A stretch of DNA of 55,846 nucleotides from a virus (taxonomy: Duplodnaviria; Caudoviricetes). The notes beneath the pieces were generated by a model, which worked only from the letters and a program-made list of their open reading frames with translations, was not told the DNA's origin and made no database searches. The stretch is taken from IMG/VR virus record IMGVR_UViG_3300029823_000381, positions 1 to 55,846 of that record; one strand, given 5' to 3'. The translations under genes and the position numbers were made by a program. This document shows positions 18,190-26,962 of this stretch, in pieces. The stretch's first letter is position 1; each line of letters opens with the position of its first letter.

Positions 18190-19020
18190 ATGGAATTAAG
18201 GAACATTACAACTAAGAAGATGGCATTAACTATAACAGGTGATGATAAGAGATCGTCTTATATGGGAGGCTCAGAGTTAGTCGATTTTTTTTATGAATTT
18301 GGGTTCAATGACATTTATGATAAAAACTTTGGTACAAGATGGATTTATACAGAAAATAAGTTGAAAAATATATTAAAATCAAATAAATTTATAGAATTTA
18401 TAAATTATTATTTAGATGAAGAAAGATATATAGATATAAATAGTACAAAATATGAAACACAAGATAAGATAATAAAATATTGGAATAAATATTTGAACCT
18501 TGATAATTATAAAATTGTGCGGAATAATGATAAATATAACCTTGAAGACTTTACTGGTGCAAAAGTAGAACTTAATATGGCACAAATTAATGTGCTGTCA
18601 ACTGATTTTATGAATGAACAAATTGACAAATGTAATTCAAAAATAATTAAAGGGGATTATGACGGGGCAATAACAAATGCCAGAAGTTTAGTAGAAGAAG
18701 TTTTATTATCTGTAGAAGAAAAAGCAACTGGTAATAGAGGAGAAAACCCTGGCAAGATTATTAAATTGTACAATAGAGTAAAGAAAGTAATAAATTTTGA
18801 TCCTTCTCAGAAGGGATTAGATGATACATTAAAGTCAATTTTAAGTGGGCTAAGCAGTATTATTAATGGACTGGGCAACTTGAGAAATGAAGCTAGTGAT
18901 TCACATGCTTCACAATATAAGCCTGCAAAACATCATGCTGAATTAGCGGTAAATGTGGCAAAAACATTTACTGCATTTATTATCGAGTCATATATTTATC
19001 AAAAAGGCAAAAAATCGTGA
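18190..19020 (+). CDS. Abortive-infection family protein (AbiJ-like N-terminus + Abi_C/HEPN-like C-terminus)
   Basis: GDYDGAITNARSLVE and LRNEASDSH (RN..H); N-terminal GSELVDFF..FG..D.Y. Confidence 0.8.
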   Translation: MELRNITTKKMALTITGDDKRSSYMGGSELVDFFYEFGFNDIYDKNFGTRWIYTENKLKNILKSNKFIEFINYYLDEERYIDINSTKYETQDKIIKYWNKYLNLDNYKIVRNNDKYNLEDFTGAKVELNMAQINVLSTDFMNEQIDKCNSKIIKGDYDGAITNARSLVEEVLLSVEEKATGNRGENPGKIIKLYNRVKKVINFDPSQKGLDDTLKSILSGLSSIINGLGNLRNEASDSHASQYKPAKHHAELAVNVAKTFTAFIIESYIYQKGKKS

Positions 19021-19072
19021 GACAAAAATGAGACAAATCTGGGACAAAAATGTAATCAATCTGTTATATAAT
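19018..19072 (+). promoter_or_regulatory. Probable late promoter with three activator-binding direct repeats
   Basis: TGRGACAAA at 19018, 19029 and 19040 (11-bp period); TATAAT at 19067-19072; no consensus -35. Confidence 0.65.
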
Positions 19073-19121
19073 ATATATAGGCGATAAGCCAAAATAAAAA
19101 TTCAATATATTGTATAAACGA

Positions 19122-19157
19122 AAAATAAGCACTGGTGAAAACTGGTGCTTATTTTTG
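19122..19157 (+). terminator. Intrinsic terminator
   Basis: AAATAAGCACTGGT / ACTGGTGCTTATTT stem plus T-tract. Confidence 0.7.
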
Positions 19158-19275
19158 TACCCATTTTTACAACTTAATTGAAATAACCATAAAATATGGA
19201 CTTATTACCATTAGATTAATATTTATTGGAACTCCTGACCTTATTTATACTAAATCGAGGGAAGGAGGGATAATA

Positions 19276-19446
19276 ATGTCTGAAATAGAAGAAATTTTAG
19301 CACAAATAGAAGACTTGCGAAAAAATCTCAATACGCTAATAAAAGAAAAAGATACGTTATTAGACCCAAAGGTAATTGTAGCAAGTCAAATGCTAGATTC
19401 AATGCTAAACGAATATGACAAAATAGTTAAAAAGTCGGACAAGTAA
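19276..19446 (+). CDS. Spo0E-family aspartyl-phosphate phosphatase-like protein
   Basis: 56 aa, two helices, IEDLRKNL...VIVASQMLDSMLNEY (SQxLD signature); strong RBS. Confidence 0.85.
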   Translation: MSEIEEILAQIEDLRKNLNTLIKEKDTLLDPKVIVASQMLDSMLNEYDKIVKKSDK

Positions 19447-19557
19447 AAGAGGGAGAGGCAAACGCTTCTCCTTTTATATATGGAGGTAAATATATGAGTA
19501 GACTACATAATATGTATGTTGATACATGGGTAACTAAAAACTCAAAGGAGAATAGCC

Positions 19558-19755
19558 ATGAGTAATTCAACTTTATATATAGATGGTAAGCCACAGGGTA
19601 ACCTAACATCTTTTGAACGTGGAGTACATAATCTTCAAATGTATATAAACGGATGCGATAGAGCAGACGACGAGATAATACATTTAGGTCCAAGAGAAAA
19701 GCAGAAAGAACCTTTTAAAAGATATGAAAATCCAGACTATTTTAATAAAGTATAG
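19558..19755 (+). CDS. Hypothetical protein
   Basis: AAGGAG RBS. Confidence 0.5.
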   Translation: MSNSTLYIDGKPQGNLTSFERGVHNLQMYINGCDRADDEIIHLGPREKQKEPFKRYENPDYFNKV

Positions 19756-19781
19756 AGGATATTACTTTCTTTTGTAGAAAT
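19756..19781 (+). promoter_or_regulatory. SigH-like promoter (AGG-N18-GAAAT)
   Basis: AGGATATTACTTTCTTTTGTAGAAAT. Confidence 0.55.
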
Positions 19782-19807
19782 ATTATACAAAAGGAGATGC
19801 ATTATAT

Positions 19808-20800
19808 ATGAGTAGAACAATAAATTTTTATAATATGGCAATATATAAAAATGATAATAAAACCAATATTGATTTAATTGATTTAATTGACTCGATTGAA
19901 CAAATATCATGGGAAAATAGAGTGAGAAAAATTGATAATGATATTACAGCATCATTTCCTCTAATATTGAGAGATAATTACCCAGAAAAGCGAATAATAC
20001 CTTTTGGTAAGTTTAGAGTGAATTATAAACCATTTATTGGTAGTATAACTACTTCAAAATTACAAGCAATAAAGAATGATGTTGTAGAAATGGTAACAAT
20101 GGTTTATGATAAAAATTATAGATGCGCAGTAATTGATTATAATATGCATGGGCTAAAACAAAAGGGAATTGAATTATATCTTTCTTCATTTTTGTGTAAT
20201 AATGATAGAGAAAATTGGGAAGTTAAACTAACACCAATAAATGTAGAGAAGGGTATTAATGATATTAAAAAATCTAATCAAATAAAATGTTTAGAAATTG
20301 TATTAAAATTAGACAAAAATTCTGAAGAGGTATTTAAAGAAGGAGTAAAAACAGATTATAAATATGTTTTAGATTTGTTTAATAATTTACTTAAAACTTC
20401 AAAAGGTACAGAAGCAAATACTGTAAAAATACAGTTAGGCGTTGGAAATGAAAGAAATAGTACAATGAACTTAGAGACTGTGCAATATGTTTTATCTGTT
20501 TTAAATATTGAAAGCGATAAAATTGACAGTATAAAAGTGAGATATAGAGATGATTCTTCAGAAAAGTTAGATACGATTAATCTGAAATACATAGGTAAGC
20601 AATTACAAGATAAAATTTTAAACGAAAATTCAGATGCCAATCCTTCACCGGAGTTTATAGGAGATTCTATTTTAGAGGCTTATAAAAATTATGATCAATC
20701 TTTAACTCAACAGTATATTAAATTTATTGAAGGAATGGCATCCGAAGAATTACCTAAAATTCAATCAATACCTAAGCCTGAAAATCAAGTTGATAATTAG
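19808..20800 (+). CDS. Soluble accessory protein (DUF6731/DUF4747-like), gene 1 of a two-gene unit
   Basis: AT-rich 330-aa ORF with own promoter; family call by resemblance only. Confidence 0.65.
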   Translation: MSRTINFYNMAIYKNDNKTNIDLIDLIDSIEQISWENRVRKIDNDITASFPLILRDNYPEKRIIPFGKFRVNYKPFIGSITTSKLQAIKNDVVEMVTMVYDKNYRCAVIDYNMHGLKQKGIELYLSSFLCNNDRENWEVKLTPINVEKGINDIKKSNQIKCLEIVLKLDKNSEEVFKEGVKTDYKYVLDLFNNLLKTSKGTEANTVKIQLGVGNERNSTMNLETVQYVLSVLNIESDKIDSIKVRYRDDSSEKLDTINLKYIGKQLQDKILNENSDANPSPEFIGDSILEAYKNYDQSLTQQYIKFIEGMASEELPKIQSIPKPENQVDN

Positions 20801-20814
20801 TTAGGAGAATAGAA

Positions 20815-21483
20815 ATGATAAAAGATTTGATTAATAAAATAAAATGGGGAATAATTATAGAAAAATGGATAATGAAAATACCAATAATATTTGCAGCTCT
20901 TTTATTTTTTATATACCTTTTATCATATAAAATTCTATTTTTTAATAAAAGTTATCTAATACTTAGTAATTTTCTAAACAGGTTATTTGCTAAAGATAGA
21001 ATGTCAACTTTAATAAATATTTCAGTAGTTCTTATAGGATTTTATGTTACTATTATGTCAATATTTGGCTCAAATGTTTCTGCGGCTATTGTTAAATTAT
21101 CAGAGAACGAATTAAGTGAAAATTTTATAAAATATATCAAAAGTGGTTTATTTTTTGCTTTTTCATATTTTTTCTTGACTATATTTTTTGATGTTTTTAA
21201 ATCTAATCTTTTTATTATAATTTATACTACAGTTTTTTTACTTGTCTTAAGTAGTTGTATTAGAATTTGCTTGATTAGTATAAAACTATATCAATATAAT
21301 ATAGAAAATGCATCTGAATTATCTAAAGAAGCAGAAAAAAATCAAGAACAAATTTTAACTTTATTACAAGAAATAAAAGATTCTAATCAAAAAGGTAAGA
21401 AGGAAAAGTATGATAAAATTAAGATGATAACAGAGAAAGAAAAGAGGAATAGAAAAGATTTACCATATAAAGAAAATTTATAA
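20815..21483 (+). CDS. Four-TM membrane protein with charged C-terminal tail, gene 2 of the two-gene unit
   Basis: Four hydrophobic segments; 14 nt after gene 1; followed by a terminator at 21482-21506. Confidence 0.7.
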   Translation: MIKDLINKIKWGIIIEKWIMKIPIIFAALLFFIYLLSYKILFFNKSYLILSNFLNRLFAKDRMSTLINISVVLIGFYVTIMSIFGSNVSAAIVKLSENELSENFIKYIKSGLFFAFSYFFLTIFFDVFKSNLFIIIYTTVFLLVLSSCIRICLISIKLYQYNIENASELSKEAEKNQEQILTLLQEIKDSNQKGKKEKYDKIKMITEKEKRNRKDLPYKENL

Positions 21484-21601
21484 GAGTTTCTAACAGAGCT
21501 CTTTTTAAATTCAATACAAAGCATCTAAGAAAGCCATATATTATAGATTAAATCTGTAGTATGTGGCTTTTTCTATATAAAAAATAGATAGGAGTGAGCA
21601 A

Positions 21602-21895
21602 ATGCCACCAGAAGAGTTCAAAAGAGCAAAGCTTTATTTTGATGGTAAAGAAATAGGAGAAGTAGGAAGTTTAGAAGTTACGGAAGCCATGGCGACAGAA
21701 AATGACGAATATAAGGATTTTGAAAAATTGCTAAATAGTAAAGGCTCTCTAACATTTACAGGAAAAATACTTGGATTTGATAAGGCTATAAGGTTATATA
21801 AGATATTGGAGCATACTAAAAAGAAGCTATTTAATAGGATATTTGGAGAACCGGCAGGACGATTATATTTAATAGGTATAGGAGGAACAAATTAA
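21602..21895 (+). CDS. Hypothetical phage protein
   Basis: RBS; ORF. Confidence 0.6.
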   Translation: MPPEEFKRAKLYFDGKEIGEVGSLEVTEAMATENDEYKDFEKLLNSKGSLTFTGKILGFDKAIRLYKILEHTKKKLFNRIFGEPAGRLYLIGIGGTN

Positions 21896-21896
21896 A

Positions 21897-22124
21897 ATGA
21901 ATGATAAAAGTAAGAAAGACAATGCTAATGATTTTATAGACCAGGTGTGCAATAGTGTATTCAATGATGCAAATTTTAAAATGGCCTTAGTAGCGATACC
22001 ACAAATAGTAGGAATGGTAAAGGCTACATATGATGAAATGAAAAAGCAAGGATTTACTGAGGTACAAGCATATGATTTCGCTAAGTCTATGATGCTAAGT
22101 TCAATTAATGCTGGAGGTAAATAA
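21897..22124 (+). CDS. Hypothetical phage protein
   Basis: RBS; ORF. Confidence 0.65.
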   Translation: MNDKSKKDNANDFIDQVCNSVFNDANFKMALVAIPQIVGMVKATYDEMKKQGFTEVQAYDFAKSMMLSSINAGGK

Positions 22125-22126
22125 AT

Positions 22127-22744
22127 ATGAAATATAGAGATAATTGGAATGGTGAAATAGTTGATATTGTAAAAGTACGTGATTTAATAAAGGAACCTAA
22201 AAAGATAGGGTATTATACAAATGGTGAATTTGATTCTATAGCATTATGTGATGGCTTGCCCAATATTAAAGCCCCAAATAATGCTATATTATATGGTAGC
22301 AATAATAGCATGAAGTATAAAAAAGTAAAATTAAATGAATACATTGCAAGGCATAAGGACAGATATATAATCTTATCTTGTATACCTTATTCATATGAGC
22401 AAATAGAAGATAAAGAAAAAGAAGAAATTACAATTAATCTAAATTTAAATATGGATGAATATATAAAGCTACTAGATGAAGGTAAGAAGAAGGCACAGGA
22501 GTTACAGGGTATAGTTAGTAAGTTGAAAAATGCAAAAGTTGAGGTAAAAGATGAAACTGGCGAAGGCGTTCTCATAGTTATAGATGGCAAATATCTATTA
22601 AACAATGAAGAACCTGAGACAAAAGATAATTCTAATAGAGGTATTAATGTAACTATAAATTGTAATATTGATCTTGAAGCTATTTCTAAGGAAATTGGAG
22701 AATATGTAGTAAGCAAAGTAAAAGAAGCAATGAAGAATATGTAA
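22127..22744 (+). CDS. Hypothetical phage protein
   Basis: RBS; ORF. Confidence 0.6.
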   Translation: MKYRDNWNGEIVDIVKVRDLIKEPKKIGYYTNGEFDSIALCDGLPNIKAPNNAILYGSNNSMKYKKVKLNEYIARHKDRYIILSCIPYSYEQIEDKEKEEITINLNLNMDEYIKLLDEGKKKAQELQGIVSKLKNAKVEVKDETGEGVLIVIDGKYLLNNEEPETKDNSNRGINVTINCNIDLEAISKEIGEYVVSKVKEAMKNM

Positions 22745-22768
22745 AGATAATGCAATTAGGAGTATATT

Positions 22769-23002
22769 ATGGATAATACTAAAATACAAAAGCCATGTAA
22801 ATATTGTAGTTTTGAAACAAAAGAGGATGAAGAATATTCACGAGGAAAATCACTAATAGATGATTGCGATATTGATACTTACCTTGAAAAAGAATCTATC
22901 AAAGGTGTAACAACATATTATTTAGTTTCAAAATCTTATTATGCCGGAGAACCTTCTGAAAAAGTTGATTATTGCCCTAAGTGTGGAAGAAAATTAATTT
23001 AA
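22769..23002 (+). CDS. Zinc-finger hypothetical protein
   Basis: CKYC...YCPKCGRKL. Confidence 0.7.
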   Translation: MDNTKIQKPCKYCSFETKEDEEYSRGKSLIDDCDIDTYLEKESIKGVTTYYLVSKSYYAGEPSEKVDYCPKCGRKLI

Positions 23003-23057
23003 ATAAAGTTTAACCAATATTAATAAAGTAGTATAATATTGCCAAAGGGGTGATATT

Positions 23058-23651
23058 ATGGGATTTAGAATTAAAAAGTCAGTTAAAATAGCACCAGGAG
23101 TAAAATTAAACATTGGAAAGAAAGGTATAAACAGTGTCTCTATAGGAGGACATGGATATACTAAAAATATAAGTAAACATGGAACTAGAACTACTGTAGG
23201 AATACCAGGAACGGGGGTAAGCTATACAAATTATAAGCGAAACAATAATAAACATAAATCTATACCTAAAGAAAGTAAAGTTGAGAGAGCAACCAATAGA
23301 ATTACAGAGTTAGCCGGGAAATATAGAGATTGCCCTATAGATAATAAAGAAGATAAAATAAAGCTGCCTAAAATAATATGGAGAGAAATTATTATAACTG
23401 GATTGCTCATTTTGGCTACTGTAATTTTTATTCCAATGTTTGTATTTGCAATGATATCTACAATAGTGCTATTATTTACTTCACTGTTTAATAAGCAGTG
23501 CTGGGCACAGACGTTTCAATACAAAGCTATAAAGGCATACCATTTTAGAGATAGTAAAAGTTGTATATATTGGTGTGAAAGAAGTCTTAGCAATAAGGAA
23601 TATGAAAGTACTAGAAGATTAATGGAATTAGCACAGCAGGAAATTAATTAG
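23058..23651 (+). CDS. DUF4236-domain membrane protein
   Basis: MGFRIKKSVKIAPGVKLNIGKKG...TVGIPGTGVSY; TM hairpin; own TATAAT -10 and terminator. Confidence 0.85.
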   Translation: MGFRIKKSVKIAPGVKLNIGKKGINSVSIGGHGYTKNISKHGTRTTVGIPGTGVSYTNYKRNNNKHKSIPKESKVERATNRITELAGKYRDCPIDNKEDKIKLPKIIWREIIITGLLILATVIFIPMFVFAMISTIVLLFTSLFNKQCWAQTFQYKAIKAYHFRDSKSCIYWCERSLSNKEYESTRRLMELAQQEIN

Positions 23652-23780
23652 GATCTATTTATATAGGTCTTATTTTTTATTTAGGAAATTTCTAAGACAA
23701 ATAAAAAATTTGAAATTAACCTTTCTATTTTATATACTAAAATTAGGATATGTTGATAATAAATAGGGAGGGAGATTTTA

Positions 23781-24098
23781 TTGGATAATAAATGTCACCA
23801 ACAAATTAATACAAAAACGTCAACTCGTACGAAAGCATACTTTATTGCAAAATATATTTTTTGTGGTGTTTTGTTTGGGGAATACTGGAGCATAGGGTAT
23901 ACAGTTGTAAGAAAAAGTAAAGTGGGATTAGTTTTAGGATTAGTTATGTTACTAATGTTTATTTTTTATAAGGATATTATGATACCTGTTAGGTCAAATA
24001 AAAATGAATTCGGTAAGTATACAAATATCATTTCAGAAATTATTGTTATCGTAGTAGCATTGCTATTTGGCCTTTATATTGAGAGCTTTTTACGATAA
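23781..24098 (+). CDS. Three-TM membrane protein
   Basis: GGGAGG RBS, TTG start, hydrophobic segments. Confidence 0.6.
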   Translation: MDNKCHQQINTKTSTRTKAYFIAKYIFCGVLFGEYWSIGYTVVRKSKVGLVLGLVMLLMFIFYKDIMIPVRSNKNEFGKYTNIISEIIVIVVALLFGLYIESFLR

Positions 24099-24123
24099 TT
24101 TAATATGTGGTGAGGTAGACAAT

Positions 24124-24261
24124 ATGCAAACATTAAAATGCAAGATATGTGGTAGAACACTTATGGAAGTAGAAGGACAGGCACATATAAGAAAGAAGTG
24201 TCCTAAGTGTAAGACCATGAATGAATTCTACATAAAAGAAAAGCCAAAAGTAAATAAATAG
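24124..24261 (+). CDS. Com-like zinc-ribbon protein (45 aa)
   Basis: LKCKICGRTL...IRKKCPKCKTMN, Mu Com-like pattern; GAGGT RBS. Confidence 0.8.
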   Translation: MQTLKCKICGRTLMEVEGQAHIRKKCPKCKTMNEFYIKEKPKVNK

Positions 24262-24264
24262 ATT

Positions 24265-24327
24265 AGCGTACCTATTAAGCGTACCATTATGAGGATAAAA
24301 CCTTGTAGTGGTACGCTTTTTTATTTT
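24265..24327 (+). terminator. AGCGTACC direct repeats plus intrinsic terminator upstream of the packaging genes
   Basis: Repeats at 24265 and 24278; 18-bp stem 24277-24294 / 24301-24318 with three G-U pairs; then TTTTATTTT. Confidence 0.85.
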
Positions 24328-24352
24328 GCTTAAAATGTTGGGAGAGATAAAT

Positions 24353-24583
24353 ATGAGTTATACTCCACATGAACCGCCAGTACCGCTTTCAACTAGAATT
24401 GTTAAAGATGGTGGAAATAAAAGAAAATTAATGACCGCAGGAAAGCTTTGTATGTTTTTATCAGGAGTATTATTTGATAGTGCAGTGAATGATATTATAG
24501 TCCATTCACCACATATAGCATTTATATTATTAGTCATTATTGTAGCTTTAATTGACTTATATTATGGATTAAAACATGAATGA
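24353..24583 (+). CDS. Small membrane protein
   Basis: RBS; two hydrophobic segments. Confidence 0.55.
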   Translation: MSYTPHEPPVPLSTRIVKDGGNKRKLMTAGKLCMFLSGVLFDSAVNDIIVHSPHIAFILLVIIVALIDLYYGLKHE

Positions 24584-24597
24584 TAGGAGGAATCTAT

Positions 24598-24996
24598 ATG
24601 ATAGAGATACATTTAGGTATGCATCCAAAGGATAACAAGATAGTTGTAGACGGTGTTGATATATCTAATAGAGTAACAGCAATTAAAGTAAGTAAGACTG
24701 CACCAGAGTTGCCAACTGTAGAATTAAAACTAATGCCAGATAAAGTTAAGATAACAGGTGATGCAAAGCTTATAAGAGATAAAGGATTAAAGGAATATGA
24801 TACAGAGGAATTGAGAAAAGAATTAGATAAGAGAGATGGAATATTAAATAAGGATGGAGTATTAAGTGAAGATACTAAGAACTTTGTAAATAAGATTTGT
24901 TCTGGCTATAACAAGATTATGAACACATCTTGCGTTGGGTTTGCTGTACCTGCAACAGATGAACCAAATCCAGGCAAACCACCAAGGCAATATTAG
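24598..24996 (+). CDS. Hypothetical phage protein
   Basis: AGGAGG RBS. Confidence 0.6.
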   Translation: MIEIHLGMHPKDNKIVVDGVDISNRVTAIKVSKTAPELPTVELKLMPDKVKITGDAKLIRDKGLKEYDTEELRKELDKRDGILNKDGVLSEDTKNFVNKICSGYNKIMNTSCVGFAVPATDEPNPGKPPRQY

Positions 24997-25092
24997 ATAG
25001 GGTAATATAATATTGCTAGAAAAAGAGATGAAATAGATAAGACATATAAGTCAATATTAAATAATGAGTAGGCAGGTGGTGACAATGTAAGT

Positions 25093-25944
25093 ATGACAGA
25101 CAAAATAAAAAAAGCTGAAAAAGATTACATAAATGGGGCAAAGTATAAAGACATAGCCAGTAAATATAGTGTATCTATAAACACTGTTAAGTCATGGAAA
25201 CAAAGGTACAAATGGTGCAGAAATGGTGTGCATACAACAGAGAAAAAAGCATACACAAAGAAGAAAAAAGAACGCATACAAAAAAGTAATGCACCACCTA
25301 AAAAGGAAGAACCAATACAACAGAAAAATAATGAAGCATTAGAAGAGTATGAACTTACTGAAAGGCAAAGGCTATTTGCTGAAATATATGTAAGAACACC
25401 TATTGCATATAAGGCAGCAATTAAAGCAGGATATTCATCTAATAGTGCATTTGTAGAAAGCTCAAACTTATTAAGAAATCCTAAGGTAAAAGCATATATA
25501 GATTATTTAAAGGAGCTTAAAAGACAAGCTATTAATTTAGAAATAGAGGATTTAGTAGATTTAAATATGAGAATAGCCTTTGGAGATATAAAGGACTATG
25601 TAAGCTTTGGCCAAAGAAGAATACCTATTATGAATAAAGGCGAGCCAGTAGTTATGGAAAACCCTGTAACTGGCAAGAAAGAGGTACTTACAAAGATAAT
25701 AAATACCATACAGCTTAAGGAAGATTATGAGGTTGACGGTGAAATAATATCTGAGATAAAGACAAGTAGACAAGGTACAAGCGTAAAGTTAGAGGATAAG
25801 CAGAAAGCTATACAATGGTTAACTGATTACTTTGGATGGAATCCAGAGAGTAAGCATAAGAAAGAATTTGACAGCAAGAAGATGGAGCTTGAGAAGGAAA
25901 AACTTGAACACCAGAAAGATATAGATGATAAAAAATATTGGTAG
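25093..25944 (+). CDS. Terminase small subunit-like protein (HTH + SPP1/PBSX-type TerS domain)
   Basis: YKDIASKYSVSINTVKSWKQRYKW; LTERQRLFAEIY..AAIKAGYS..LLRNPKV; KLEDKQKA. Confidence 0.8.
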   Translation: MTDKIKKAEKDYINGAKYKDIASKYSVSINTVKSWKQRYKWCRNGVHTTEKKAYTKKKKERIQKSNAPPKKEEPIQQKNNEALEEYELTERQRLFAEIYVRTPIAYKAAIKAGYSSNSAFVESSNLLRNPKVKAYIDYLKELKRQAINLEIEDLVDLNMRIAFGDIKDYVSFGQRRIPIMNKGEPVVMENPVTGKKEVLTKIINTIQLKEDYEVDGEIISEIKTSRQGTSVKLEDKQKAIQWLTDYFGWNPESKHKKEFDSKKMELEKEKLEHQKDIDDKKYW

Positions 25945-25955
25945 GAGGTAAGACT

Positions 25956-26132
25956 ATGACACTGGATGAAGCAATACAACATTGCTATGAAGATGCTAAA
26001 AAAGAAAGTAGTTGCAGTACAGAGGATAAAACTCCATGTGCAAATGAACATTTACAACTCGCATATTGGTTAGAAGAATTAAAGGGGAGAAGAAGTAATG
26101 GCAAGGGATGCAAAGCTAAAAGCCTTTTATAA
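25956..26132 (+). CDS. Small hypothetical phage protein
   Basis: MTLDEAIQHC...CANEHLQLAYWLEELK. Confidence 0.65.
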   Translation: MTLDEAIQHCYEDAKKESSCSTEDKTPCANEHLQLAYWLEELKGRRSNGKGCKAKSLL

Positions 26133-26784
26133 TAGCCAGACATGGATAAACTTTAGACAAGTAATCATAGCAGAACGTGGACTTGTATGTGAGTATTGCC
26201 ATAAACCTATAACCAATGTAACAGATGCAATACTACATCATAAGAAAGAGCTTACTATAGAGAATGTAGATGATGTAATGGTGTCTCTTAATCCAAATAA
26301 CATCACGATAGTACACAGTGGATGTCACAATAAGATGCATCATAGGTGGGGCAATATAATAGAACATAATGTGTACTTAGTATATGGACCACCTCTAAGT
26401 GGCAAGAAGACATATGTTAAGCAAAGGATGCAGCGTGGTGACTTAGTAGTTGATATGGATGAGATATATAAAGCCATATCATTAATGCCAATGTATGATA
26501 AGCCTAATGGACTACTTGGCAATGTGTTCGCTATCCATAACCTACTACTGGATAACATCAAGACAAGGTATGGCAAATGGAATAGCGCATGGATCATAGG
26601 AGGATATGAAGATAAGTATAAGAGAGAACACATCATAAAGGAACTAGGAGCAACACCAATCTTTGTACAGGTTAGTAAAGAAGAATGTAAGAGAAGGCTA
26701 GAAAAAGACTTAATGGGTAGGCAATACAGAAAAGCTGAGTGGTTAGGTTATATTGACAAATGGTTCGATAGATATACAACATAG
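26098..26784 (+). CDS. Packaging-associated HNH endonuclease fused to a P-loop domain
   Basis: FYNS..W, CEYC, HHK, CHNKMH; YGPPLSGK. Confidence 0.85.
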   Translation: MARDAKLKAFYNSQTWINFRQVIIAERGLVCEYCHKPITNVTDAILHHKKELTIENVDDVMVSLNPNNITIVHSGCHNKMHHRWGNIIEHNVYLVYGPPLSGKKTYVKQRMQRGDLVVDMDEIYKAISLMPMYDKPNGLLGNVFAIHNLLLDNIKTRYGKWNSAWIIGGYEDKYKREHIIKELGATPIFVQVSKEECKRRLEKDLMGRQYRKAEWLGYIDKWFDRYTT

Positions 26785-26905
26785 ACAGACACCCCCCATT
26801 TGGAAAAACGGACGCCCTCGCAAAGACCGCACCCACAATCACAATTTCAACGCACGCCCCAAAATTTGAAAATTAGTTCGAATAAATTTGAAAATCTGAA
26901 AACAA
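26785..26905. other. Probable cos/packaging site
   Basis: Abrupt C/GC-rich non-coding patch between HNH and TerS; AAATYTGAAAA repeats at about 26862-26902. Confidence 0.6.
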
Positions 26906-26962
26906 ATTCGTGCATACAAAATAATCTTAGAAAATACTCAAGATATTTGAGAAGGTGAGCAT

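Noticed and set aside
19135-19275. N-terminal extension of the Spo0E-like ORF
   Set aside because: Overlaps a terminator; the strong RBS points to ATG 19276.
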